Origin: Eledone cirrhosa
Taxonomy: Eukaryota
Length of the DNA stretch: 64,000 nt
Assembly: GCA_964016885.1 (NCBI GenBank)
Contig: OZ024740.1
Span: forward strand, 372,186,001 to 372,250,000
Direction: 5' to 3'
Position numbers and translations under genes: made by a program. The notes under the pieces are model-generated. The model made no database searches. It was not told the DNA's origin and worked only from the letters and a program-made list of their open reading frames with translations. Positions within the stretch are counted from its first letter, which is position 1. Every line of letters begins with the position of its first letter. Shown piece after piece: positions 26,652 through 39,857 of this stretch.

Positions 26652-27879
26652 TAATGATAGGCAGCAGTAGTAGTAGTAGTAGTAGTAGTAGTAGCAGCAG
26701 CAGCAGCAGTAGCAGAAGTAGTAGAAGTAGTAGTAGTAGTAGTAGTACTAGTAGTAGTAGCTTTTGTTCTCGTTTACTTTATCTTTCCCGATATCTTACG
26801 CGATAACCATCCTCCTCCACCTCATCATCATCATCATCATAATCATCATCATCTTCTTCTTCTTTTGTCTTTTTCTTCTTCATTAGTAGAAGACGAAAAG
26901 AATGTCAAAGTAAATACTAAAACATTGATATCTATTGTTTCCGCAACATTAATTAGAGAATTATGCAGTGAGACATACGGCAATTAAGTCCTTGAGAAAA
27001 TATGTGTCTGTTTCCCACACATCTGAAATAAACAATTCGTATTTATCAAGGAATGATTTTATCAGCTGACTCGGAAATAAAATCCATATGGTATCTTTGA
27101 CTGGGAGAGCAAATGTCTCATAGTGCAATTTTGTATTATATGCGTGCATTCTACTATATACGTAAAATAGATACATATCAATAGCTTCAGTTTTACGGAT
27201 AAAATACTGAATATTAGTTGAAAACTTACTTTAATCTGGTATTCGGCGTCGTCTGGCTGTTTTCTCAAAGGGTTGAAAATGTTTTGATAAGTCAAAACCA
27301 CACAAAAGATTGTTTGAAGAACAAGGAATGGAATTTTTTAATATACCATTTACTGAAAAAAATGATTGATTGAAATATGCCCAGAAATATGAATGTAATA
27401 TGTACTAAACCATTTATAGCATTTACAATGAAATATGTATTAATAAAAGCACTGGAAATACAATTTTAGATGATTGAATGAACTTGGTAATTGAAAGAAC
27501 TTCTAAAAGTGATGAATAGAATTTGCACAGAGTCTCCAGTAGAGATTATTATATGCAAAGAAGTATGAAATTACGTTGAAATAAATGTAAAACATGAAAT
27601 TAATAATACAAGTTCATTATATTATTGTATTTCTGAAATATAAACGAGAAACAAACTTCCAGAAACACAAATGATATCTTCAAATAACCATATTATCTAT
27701 AAAACCCACATACACACTATAATAGAAAAAAGTGTAATTGCAGTTTCTGGAGGCTTGATTAAATAGAGATATGATCATAACCTTCAATCGTGCGCAATTT
27801 TGTGGTTATTTTAGCATGTCATGTGACCAGTTTAGAAACTCCCTTATTGGAACATGTAGTCTGTAGATTATTTGAGACA

Positions 27880-28720
27880 TATGGGACAGTGGATCACATT
27901 GATACAGTGTCGAGGGACCGCTCAAGCCATTCTGGACGACACATGAAGCAGAAACAGAACTTTATTGATATGGTTTGTTGAACAGAGCCCAAAACGATCA
28001 ATGCATAGAAGCCAAATGCTGGATCTCTCGACAGAAACTTGCAGAAGGGTTGTCAAAGAGGATCTTTAGAAGTGACCCTATAGAATATACACTAAACAAA
28101 TGTTTACTGTGACTGAAATGACCACGACAAAGGCTGCGACCGAGAAAATGCTGTAGAAGATGAAAAACAGCCCCAATTTTCTAAATCTGCAGTGGGCATC
28201 TGATGAAATCCCCTTTCACTTAGAGGGGAAGATCAACACTAAGAACAATATGTTCTGAGAATCAGCGAAACCCACTGAAGTGGCTGTGAAATTTACCGTC
28301 TGGGCTGCTATTTCTGACTGTTGATTGACCCCTTCTTTTTCAGAGAAAGTACAAGGGTACTCTATATGGAGCTCCTGAAACATTTTATAAATAAAGGAGT
28401 TACAGACCACGTACTCATCTCTAATAGATAACGAGTCTCTAGAATTGCTGAAAAGCAACTTTGGAAATCATGTTATCATTTGAAGGTGGATTTTGAGTGG
28501 ATCCCACACATCCCTGATTTAAGCCCTCCAATGATTTTTTGCTTTGGGGCCATCTGGATATAATATATGTCAACAAAGTCAGGGCCATTCCTGAAGTAAA
28601 GGAAAATATTAGGGAGGAGATGAAAGCTATCGGTAGGTGTGTTTATAAATACGTTATGCTAAACGTCACCATGCACCTAACAAAACGCAAGAATTCGTAG
28701 GGATCACCTGGTACATGTAA
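27880..28720 (+). pseudogene. Decayed Tc1/mariner-superfamily transposase remnant
   Basis: Broken-frame motifs WASDEIPFHLEGKINTKN (28193), FTVWAAIS (28292) and W.PHIPDLSP..FF.LWG (28498). TIRs were not resolved. Confidence 0.7.
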
Positions 28721-28878
28721 TTCTGGACAGAAACAAAAATAATGAAGTTTTTGATGTTGTTGTTAACAGTTTGAGCTATATATATTTGGAGTTTCATCCG
28801 TTTTTGTCTAAAGGTGATTAAGGTAGACAAAAATATAAATTCGATCAGGTTTTTTTAGTCAATCTGTATAGAAATAAC

Positions 28879-29037
<159 letters not shown>

Positions 29038-29173
29038 ATTATGAATGTAGAAAGGAAGTCCTTGAAAGGATTAAAATGCCATGTTCGTGCCACCCATGTA
29101 TGAGAAAAAGGTCAAAGGATAGCAGTTCTCAAAAACAAGATGGAGCCATTATATATGTATGTATGTATGTATG

Positions 29174-29207
<34 letters not shown>

Positions 29208-29234
29208 TGTATGTATGTATGTATGTATGTATGT

Positions 29235-31551
29235 ATGAGGAACTCAGGGATGTAAAATCACGTGTTAGGCGGAGTCTTTCTCAGATGAAGGATCAGTGGT
29301 GGAGTGAGAAGGCTGGTGAGATACAAACTGCGTCTGATTCCAATAACACAAAGCTGTTGTACAGTCTCTTGCGTGAGGTTTATGGACCGTCTTCTTCTCT
29401 GGTGACACCGCTTCGCAGCAAGGATAGCAAAGAACTTCTTTGTGACTCACAAGGAATTCTACGAAGGTGGCGAGAGCACTTTGATGATCTTTTGAATCAG
29501 CCGTCTGTCGTCAGTGAAGATTTCCTCAATCTCATTCCAGGAAGTCCTGTGAAAGTAGCTCTCGCAGAACCTCCGACGCTTGTGGAGGTTGCAATGGCTA
29601 TTTCGAAGCTGAACAGTGGAAGATCTCCAGGTATGGATGGCATACATGCTGAGCTCCTACAATATGGTGGTGAGAGACTTCTGCAACATCTTCACTCTTT
29701 GTTTGGCAGGATATGGGCTAAGGAATCCGTACCTGAGGACTGGAGAGATGCAGTAATGGTGGTCTTGTACAAGGGAAAGGGTAACAGGAACGTTTGTGGG
29801 AACTACAGAGGTATATCATTGCTTTCTGTCGTAGGGAAAGTTTTATGTAGGGTGCTTCTGGGCCGTCTGCTGACACACATTGCAGATTGTGTTCTTCCTG
29901 AAAGTCAATCTGGTTTTCGTGCTGGACACGGCACTACTGATATGATCTTCTCAGCTAGACAGCTCCAGGAGAAGTGCATGCAACAAGGCTTGGATCTGAA
30001 TCAGGTTTTTGTCGATCTGACAAAAGCTTTCGATACTGTTAACAGAGATGCATTATGGAAGGTTCTCCAGAAAATTGGTTGCCCTGATAAGTTCCTTGCT
30101 TTAGTTAGGTCTTTCCATGACGACATGAAGGCTTGGGTTAATGTCGGGGGTAACATGTCGGAGCCTATCTCAGTAAAAAATGGAGTGAAACAGGGGGATA
30201 TTCCAGCACCGACCCTGTTTGCCATATACTTTGTAATGGTTTTGTGTATTGCATTCAGGAATTGCGAGCATGGTGTTTACATCCGATATCGAACCTCAGG
30301 CAGCATATTTAACATCAGGCGCTTTGCTGCGAAGACAAAAGTATTTACATCAATCATAAGAGACCTCTTGTATGCAGATGATTGCGATCTTGTAGCGCAC
30401 ACAGAGAGTGATATGCAGCACATTTTGAATACATTTTCTGACGCTTGCACTGCCCTAGGTCTGACTGTCAGTCTCAAGAAAACCGTCGTCATGTACCAAC
30501 CTGCCCCTGGTAAGCAGTACACTGAACCAAACATCTATGTGTATGGCAAACGACTTGGAGTGGTTGATCAGTATGTCTACCTGGGAAGCACTGTCAATCG
30601 ATACAGCAACCTTGACAGTGAAATCTCACTTAGGATTAGGAAAGCAAGTGATGCTTTCGGAAAGCTAGAAAGGCGACTCTGGGGTCGGCGAGACATGTGC
30701 AGGAGGACAAAGGTAAAGGTGTACAGGGAATGTGTGCTCTCTTGTCTTCTTTATGCCTGCGAGACCTGGGTCACATATCGACACCACCTTAAGCAATTGG
30801 AGCGTTTCCATCAGATGTGTCTCAGACGGATCCATGGCGTTCACTAGAGGGACCACATCAGTGATGTCGAGATTTTGGAAAGCTCTATGTGTGACAGTAT
30901 AGAAGCTCTTGTGCTTAAGCAACGACTCCGTTGGAGTGGTCACCTTGCCGGGATGGAGGATTCTAGAATACCAAAACAACTCTTTTATGAAGAGTTGGTT
31001 AAAGGAAAACGACGCCACATAAACCAAAAAAGAGGTATAAGGATTCCTTGAAAGCCTCTCTGAAAGACGCTAACATCTCTGCTGATACATGGGAGAATAT
31101 TGCTGCTGATCGTAATAATTGGAGAAAGATTGTATATGAGGGAAAAGTTGCCTTTGAGGCTTCTCGAATCGCATACGAGAAAGTAAAGTGGGATGTGAGA
31201 AAGGGCATTACTGTTGCACTTCCAGACGGCGAGGGTCCTCCTATGGTGCTGACATGCAGTGTATGTGCGAGACTCTGCCTAAGCAAAGCTGGACTCGAAA
31301 GTCATCTTCGCAGTCATAAAGTAAGACCAGTGGTTGACTACCAGGCTGATGTTGGAGATGCTACTCATCATGCTTGCCAAACATGTGGTAGAGAATGTAA
31401 ATCAGCAGGAGGGCTCAAGCGACATGCAAAAGTACACGAACTCCAACCACAGCCGGCTATTCCCAGTGAATGTTTTGGTTGCCGACTCTGTGCAAGACAT
31501 TTTAGATCATTGGCTGGGCTAAAAAGCCACATTCGATCGCAGCGCTGTTAA
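29235..31551 (+). pseudogene. RTE RT ORF with three C-terminal C2H2-type zinc fingers
   Basis: TAG at 30845 where Trp is expected, and a frameshift near 31015. Fingers CSVC..HLRSH, CQTC..HAKVH and CRLC..HIRSQRC. The MYVC N-terminus in the ORF track is microsatellite. Confidence 0.92.
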
Positions 31552-31560
31552 TTGCTATCG
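29235..31560 (+). mobile_element. 5'-truncated RTE-clade LINE joined to a (TATG)n tract
   Basis: RT motifs SPGMDGI, NYRGISLLS, QSGFR, FVDLTKAFDTV, GVKQGD and YADD, followed by RLRWSGH..R.PKQ. The APE domain is missing. Confidence 0.95.
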
Positions 31561-31844
31561 TGTGTGTGTGTGTGTGTGTGTAGATATGCTTATGTGTGTG
31601 CGTGTGTGTGTATATATATATGTATATGTATATTATTATTGTTGTTGTCGTTATTATTATTGTTGTTATGATTATTATTATTATTATTGTTATTAATGTA
31701 TGTGTGTGTGTATATGTGTGTGTGAGTGTGTGTGTGTGTGTGTATATGTGTATGTATATGTGTATGTATATGTATATATATATATATTTCTTTTTTTGTA
31801 TTTTTATTTTCTTTTTATTTATTTATTTATTATTATTATTATTA

Positions 31845-34800
31845 CAGTTGCATTTATCTTGCTTTATGTTCATAGGAGTTATCACCAAGTCACAACCAGT
31901 GACCTCAAGAGACAACAAGGTCCGCCATGTTCAAGAAAGAACATACATACTCACACATGCATCTTTAGTGTTTAGACTTGTGATGTACTTATATTGACAG
32001 AATCTTCCTTAGTATATGGGCAGTTCCCATTAGTACTATCTTTTGTATTTCTCCTATACGCGGGTTTCCTGGGATTTGCGATAAAGTAATCATTAGACCC
32101 CTTAGGTATCATTCCCAGAGCGCCTACAACCACTGGTATTGTTTTAGTTCTCAATTTCCACATTATTCCAATTTCTATCTGCAGGTCCTTATGCTTGCTC
32201 AATTTTTCAAATGTTTTTATAGATACATTCTTGTCTATTGGAACAGACATATCAATTAGCAGGCATACCCTCTTTTGAAAGTCCTTCAATATTATATCAG
32301 GTCTATTTGCATCTATTTTTCGGTCTGTTTGGATGCTAAAGTTCCACAAGATTGAGATGTGATCTTTTTCAAGTATGGGAGGTGGTTGATGCTCCCACCA
32401 ATTCTTTTGATGGGGCAGATCAAAATGCTTACACATTATCCAATGTATGTATTGTGCAGCTCTGTCATGCCTGTTTACGTATTCGGTTGGAGCTATTGAA
32501 ATTATTATAACTGCACATTGAAATTATATGGTCAATGGTCTCTGGTTGTTTTTTGCATACACGGCATAATGGGCTGCATCCATTTTTTATTATGTTGGCT
32601 CGGTAATTTTTTGTTGGCAGACACTGATCTTGTGCTGATATAATCAGTCCTTCAGTCTCCGATTTCAGTCCAGAGGATGCCAACCACTGATGTGTTAAAG
32701 TTTTGTCAACATCAGGATTGTTAGCTCGCTCTGGGTATTTTCCATACAGAGGCTTTTCTTGCCATTTCTTAGCCAGTTTCTGTAGCAGTTCTTTCTTTGC
32801 AGTTACTTTTACCTGCTTTGCTTTTTCTGTGTTTTCCATTTCAGCAGTAAATGGGACTTCTGAAATTTGGAGTCCATTACTGTATCTTTGTGCATCTTTT
32901 GTAATGGAATATGATCTTTTGATGCTTTCGTGTTTCAAAACGAGTTTGATCATCCAATCATGTGATTCCCTTAGATATGTAGATAATCCAATTGTTGCAG
33001 TTTTCAACGCAATGTCTAACTGGATTAACCCACGTCCTCCTTCTTTCCTAGGGAGATATATTCTATCTATATCTGCCTTAGGGTAATGCATTCTGTGCAT
33101 GGTTAAGGATATTTTCGAATTTTTGTATCGAGCCTACGGATCTCTGTGCTTGACCAGTTGATGACATTGTAACTAGGTTACTACTGGTATGGCAAGCGTG
33201 TTTATGGCATCGATCCTATTCCTTGCATTCAATTCCGTTCTTAAGATTGCTCCTACTCTGCGGTAACATTCCTTCCTTATCCTTTCCCCCATTGTCGAGT
33301 GCTTGATTCCGTCTCCTTCACAAACACCTAGATATTGTAAGTTTTTTCTTGATCAAGTTCTCTTATCACGTTCCCCCGATCAAGATTAATGTCTGAACTC
33401 TTCAGCAGCTTTCCTCTGGTGAACGTTGCTTTGGCGCATTTATCTAGTCCAAACTCTATTTTAATGTCATCACTGAACTGCTCCACAGTGGATAATAGCC
33501 CTTGCAATTGTTCATCATTTTTTGCAAATAGTTTCAGGTCATCCGTGTAGAACAGGTGATTAATGGTTTTGTCATAGACTCTATATCCATGTTTTGTTTC
33601 ATTGAGCATTTTACTTAATGGTATAAGTGCGATGCAGAATAAAAGCGGTGATAAAGAGTCACCCTGAAAAATTCCACAATTAATATTAACTTCTCCAGCT
33701 TCCAGTGATTTTGTTTCACTATTCAAAAGGAGTGTCGTTTTCCATGTCTTCATACTGAATGACAAAAACCTCCTGACAACGGGGGATATTTTGAAAATCT
33801 CTAAACATTTTTCAATCCAACTGTGTGGCAAACTATCGAATGCTTTTTTATAATCTATCCAAGCAATCGATAGATTTTTGTGTCTATTATGACAATCTTC
33901 CAGTATCATTTTGTTAACTAGATGCTGATCCTTACAGCCATATGAGCCTCGTTTACACCCTTTCTGCTCAATGGGAAATAGGTCATTTGTTATCAGGTGG
34001 TCATATGTGTATTCAGTTAGGACTGATGTTAAAATTTTATACATTGTGGTCAAGCAAGTTATCGGTCTGTAATTTTTGGGATTGTTTGTCTCATCATTCT
34101 TCGGAAGCAGGAATGTAATGCCGTTAACTAGCCATGATGGTGTCTTTTCTGGCTCCTTAACTATTTCATTGTAAAGTTGGGCTAACAGCTCATGAGACTC
34201 TGTGAAGGCATTTATCCAAAAGTTTTGTATTTTGTCTTTTCCTGGGGATTTCCATTTGCTGGTTTTTCTTAGAGCGAAGGCGCAACTGTTCAACTGTTAT
34301 ATTTTCCCATATTTATTCCTCAAGGTGAGCTGTATCTTTCATTTGTCTGTCTATCCATGGGGCATGTATGTTATGAACTTTTTCTTCGGCCCAGATCTTT
34401 TCCCAGAATTCTTGCACTTCCTCCTTGGGTGGTATTGATTTAGCAGTTATTGTTGACTTACCAATTTTTCTGTAGAAGTTTCTTTGGTTGTTTTTGAACA
34501 TATTATTGTCCTTATAGAATCTAGATCGTTTTTCAAAGCGCCTTATACGAGCAGCTTTGGCCGACACTTTTTGCTTGATTATTTCTATCAGCATGTCTAT
34601 GTCACATTTTGATTTTATACTGTACTTTTTTTTCAATTTTCTAAGTTTAGTTTGTTTAACATGTTCACCTACTTTATAGTTTGTTAAAATTTCTATGTCA
34701 GATCGGAGAAGGTTTATTTGGCGATTGATGTTCTCTTGCCAAGTAGATTTCTTGTGGGAATTCCTTTGTTTTTTCATCTTCACTCCACATAAGTGAGTGG

Positions 34801-36726
34801 TGACTTTAGCCGATGCATAATAGAGATGATTTAAATCAGTAATGTTTAGTTTGTTTGTGATGATAATGTTTTTGAGAATTATGTTAGTCTTGTGTATTAT
34901 CTTTTGGCTCTGTTTGGAGTTCTGGATCTTAGGGAGGGTGTCTCGTTGCCCCATGTCAGATTCTTTCTTTTTCATCCATTCGATCATAATTTCATCCTTC
35001 AAGTTGGCAAGTTCATTCTCATTCATTTCTTTATTATTTACGATCTCATTATTTTCATTTGGAGTTTCATCCTGAGCATGCACTCCCTCCACTTTTTCGA
35101 TCCTTTCTTTAATTTGTTCTGTTGCCAGTGATTCCGCCCCAACCCTGGGATTCGAAGTGTTACAGTTTACCTCGTTTTCACTGACACATATTTCATTTTC
35201 CCTTCGCTGACTTTGTGCTAATAGCTTGATCTGATCAATTTCTATATCAGTTAGTAACTTTTTTCTTACAATATTTCTTCGTATATTGGCTAGTTTGTTA
35301 CTGTCAATATAGCCTCTGTTTTCGGGATGTTTCTTTTTCCAGTTGATATATGTCTGTTCTGTATTCGATGTATTTGATGGGTAGTACATGGCAGTGTAGA
35401 AAGCCTCAAGGAGTTCTTTATTATCTTCCCTTGACCATTTTTCTCTCTTTTTCTGTGGATTTCTTGGTGGTGAGCATGGAGGGCCAACAGTAGGAGTATT
35501 CCGGTTATGGGAGGTCTCCAGCTCCGAAGTGATGGTAAGGTTTGAACCATTAGCTGATTTTTCGACCCCATTCTGGTTCCTCTCTGAGGGACGCGGCCCT
35601 TTTTTACCCGGGTGACGGCCGATCCGGTATGAGATTTTATCATTAGACATTTACTTTATTTTGTCGCGTTTTATCCTTATACGCCAAGGGGTAATCATTT
35701 CGTGTTACCACTTCTAGAACGAGTGTCAACCAAGACTAGAGGGGTCGTTCTCCCCTAGAGACACGGCTATTCCCCGCCGGCCACCATCCCGGTATTTCTT
35801 GGTCACGGGGTTTTCTCTTTGTTGTTTTTTTTAAATTGTTATTATCATGAGTGGTTCCTTAATGTGAGCATTGCGTGGCTTAAGAATGAAATTATTAATA
35901 ATTGTCTCCACTCCAGGCACAAGGCCAGCAATCACCCAGTGCATTACAATAATATAATATACTTTTTGCTGAAGTTACCTGTTATTGTTGTTGGCTATGT
36001 CGGTGGTGGTGCCGGGGCTTTTTATATTGTTGGTGAGGAAGGGGTGAGCCAGCAGTCGCATAGTTGTTGATGTTGACGTTTGGCCGGTGGCCAGGTCACT
36101 AAGTCAATCTATTTATATCTTTTGCTAGCTTCTCCCTTGTCTAGTGATACCGCCACCTTCCCCTTTCTCTCTCAAGTTAACAGGGGAATAGTGGTGGTAG
36201 CAATGATGGGGTGATGGCGGCGGTGGCATTGTCATTACTGAGTTTTGTGATGTAGTATCTATGAGTTTGTGTTCGTATGTTTAATATATATTGTGTTGAC
36301 ATATTCCCGTAAAGTTGGGATTAAACATTTTGTTAAAACTTGAGACAATAATAATAGTAATTATTATTATGATGCTGGGATTGATGGTGGTGGTGGTGAA
36401 ATTGCCGTTATCTGGCTGTTATATTTAGTGTGATGGGATAGGTGGTGTATCAAGTTTCTGGTGTTGGTGAAATTGCTGTTATTTGGCTTTTCTATATAGT
36501 GTAGACAGAGGGTGTTTTCTTTCATTTATAACCATTTTCTTTTTTTGAATACAAAATATATAATACAAAATTGAATATTTGAGCGATATAACAATATAAT
36601 ATGGATCCGAAATTTTATGGGACTTCATTCGGTGGTTTATGCAACATTTGTACTAAGAATTGTTAAATATTTTAAAAATCAAAAACTTACGGGAGCGATT
36701 TCATGACCTTCTACCACCTCGTGCGT
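31845..36726 (-). mobile_element. R4/Dong-clade non-LTR retrotransposon, copy 1
   Basis: Single RT+REL ORF with a 3' end abutting (TAA)n on the element strand. Colinear with 45814-50713 over its whole length. Confidence 0.93.
31989..35650 (-). pseudogene. R4/Dong ORF (RT, CCHC finger, restriction-like endonuclease), frameshifted
   Basis: KWKSPGKD, NYRPITCL, WIDYKKAFDS, GIFQGDSLSP, FYTDD (FYMDD in copy 2), CRVC..ETIDHIISMC and RPDI..ID..K..K. At least four frame breaks. Confidence 0.93.
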
Positions 36727-36786
36727 CTTCTTCTTCTTCTTCTTCTTCTTCTTCTTCTTCTTCTTCTTCTTCTTCTTCTTCTTCTT

Positions 36787-36885
<99 letters not shown>
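36727..36885. repeat. (TTC)n(TTA)n compound microsatellite between Dong and Tx1 elements
   Basis: Directly visible. Confidence 0.98.
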
Positions 36886-39857
36886 GAATGCCATGGTTGA
36901 CGGAGGCTCGGCTCTGTAAGGTATAGTAATTTTTAACCGTTAAAACAATTGTAAATTGTTTAAAACTTGAACCAAATTGTTGATAAAGACACCCTCCTCC
37001 TCCTGAGAGGGGTCTTTCTGTCCGTTATTTGGCCCTTCGGGGTTAAATAACCAGTTATTGGGGTTTTGTACCCAAAATTTCATTTTAAACAAAAAAACAT
37101 GGCTACGAAAAAGAAATTTCATACGTCACTCCCACTCATTCCGTCTTCTTCTTCCTCAATCATCACTACAGCAGAGAGAAGATTGTCTCTCTCCCTCCCT
37201 TCTTTAAATGTGTCTCTCTCCCTCCCTTCTCTTTCGCAAGCGACGAAAGAAAAGAAAAGTCTCGTGCAAAGCGTGCAAGGTTTCTCCACGACGACGACGA
37301 CAGCGACGAAACAGGTGTGCGGGAAATACGAAAACCCAGTTCATTCGTCTGACGTCAGGAATAATAGCAGTAGCAGCCGTAATAACAACAGCAACAGTGA
37401 CAATGAAAACAACAGTAGCAGCCGCAACAGCATCACCAGCAGCATAAACAACAACAGCATTAGCAGCAGCAACACCAACAACAACCACAGCAACAGCGGC
37501 GGAGGCAGTAGTCGTAGTACCTGCAGCAACAACAAAAGTACCAGCAGCTCTGACGACAACAACAACAGCAGAGAAAAACCAATCTCATTTGCAGGTATTG
37601 CGAAAAACTTGGAAACAATCCTCATAACAAATGAGGAATTAGAGGAAGCGAAGAAGATGGTGACAAAGAACGGACACCGAGCAATCTGCAAGGCAGCGGA
37701 AAAATTTTTCGAAACCCAAGAGCACTGTACGGTCACGTACCGTACAGTAAGTACAAAATCCCGTAGGGTGGAAAGAGCCACAGAGGCCCAAATACAAAAA
37801 GCCTTGGGGTCTGTGTGGCAGCGGAAAACGCACATCACCCGAGGCAAAAAATATGCCACCGTAGACGTACTTTTTGCCACACCCCAGGAGGCAAAGGCCC
37901 AATCAGTAATGACTCTAAGGAGCGAGGAAATGGTGTTGGTGCCCTCCTACTGTGGGCAAAAAATTGTGAGGGTCAAACTGACCCACGTCCCCCCCGGAAT
38001 GACCCCTTCTTGGCTGGCCGCGTCTGTCCTCGTCGGAATCGAGGACAAAACAACTGTACTGCAAGTACAGAAAAAAGTAAGAGAAGATTGGGTCGGCTCC
38101 TCCATTGAGATGCTAATCCAAATCAACCAGGAGTGCATCGAAGCTATCCCGGATGTGATAGACTTCGATAACGGCACTCAACTGCCCATAAGTGTTGAGG
38201 GCAAACGCCCGAAATGCTTTCGCTGTGGATCGAAGACTCACCTCAGGGCCTTCTGCAACGAGAAGACCCTGAGAAAGGAGAAAACCCCCCTCCTTCCGAA
38301 TCCGGCTCCACGGCTACCAGCAACAGGACAAGCGGCAACCAGGAACGATAGGCCCGTGGCACCCATACCCACTCCACGGAAATCAAAAACAGCAGCAGCA
38401 GTGGAAATACTAACAACAACAACAGCAATACCAAATGCAGCTGCAACAGAGACTCCAGTGCAAACATCACCAACAACAACAAGTGAAAGAGTGGAGCTGG
38501 TACCCCTCCCCGACCTCACAGAATCAGACATGGAGTGTGAGGTGGGAGAGAGATGGCAAAAGGTCGTAAGAAGGCACAAACGCAGAAGCAGCGCATCGTC
38601 GCCTTTGAAAAGGGAGGAAAGAAATGAGAAAAGGGTAAAGTCTACTGCAAAGAGACCCACAGCAGCAACAACACCAACACCATCACCACCCACACTAGCG
38701 CCACCATCACCACCGGCGACAACCCCACCGCCAACAACACCTTCAACACCACCACCACAAGCACCAACATCGCAAACACAACAACAAAACACACACACCC
38801 AGCAACAACGACAAGAAAATAGCAGAACCACACCCCACCCCCAGAAAAACAAATGCACGGCAATAAATACACACAACAAGAAACTGATGACTTACATAAT
38901 TGAACACACAGACATTTCACAACAGGACTACATAATACCAGCACCAATCAAAACGCCAACTAACATAAGACTGCTAAAAATAGCACAGAAACAATACACA
39001 AATATTAAAACGAAATTCCCCAACGCAGTTGGTGATTTCAGGGACCTAGAAGGAACCATCAATCGAAGAGTATACTCAGACATTCTCTTAGAAGAGCCGT
39101 CGACCAGCCGAAGGGACGATTCAACGGTCCCTTCACCAGACGATCAAGTGAAAAGGGATGTAAAAACCATCCCTCCTCTACCAAAAGTACGGTAAGTGGT
39201 CTTTCCCATCTTTTCCACTCTATTTTAAACATGACCTCACTCAGAATAGGCAGCATAAATGCGCGTGGCTTGGGGTCGTCATGGAAGCAGGGTCACCTGC
39301 TCAACGACCTCCTTCGTGAGGATTGCCCCGCCCTCCTCCTTTAGCCGGGAAGGGCAGGCAGTTTTTATCTGCCTGGTGGCCATGGTGAAAGAGATAGTAT
39401 GGTGGACACGTTTGAAAGGGCTGAAGACGAGCACTTACCTCTTCGGTGATGCTCTGATTGACTTTTTCAAATTTCATTTGAAAAGGAAAATCAGAGTAGA
39501 GAGGGAAGTGCTCTCTTCCCAGCATTTTGTTGAAAGATGGGTGAGAGAAGCAAGAATGGCCCGAGTGAATGGGCGTTCTCTGAGTATATATCTGTAAATT
39601 AAAGGTGGAAAACTGGGAGAGGGCACTTGCCTTGGTGGTCAGGGTCATTGTGGCTTTTTACTGGGATTTCTCCACAAATGTCCCTCCGAAGTCTACCCCC
39701 TATTGGGGAATTTTTCATTGTTATTTTCATTGTTATTTTTGTTACATCCTCTGTTTTTGTTTTTTTACACGCAGAAATGCCCATTTGTACCGTCCTGCAT
39801 TGTCCTGCACTGTCCTTAATGTCTACTTTATGTAAACCCTTGTGGTTAATAAAGAAA

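Noticed and set aside
39305-39320. ORF2 deletion in element A as a splicing product
   Set aside because: The deleted segment starts AG and ends TC in element B coordinates, not GT..AG.
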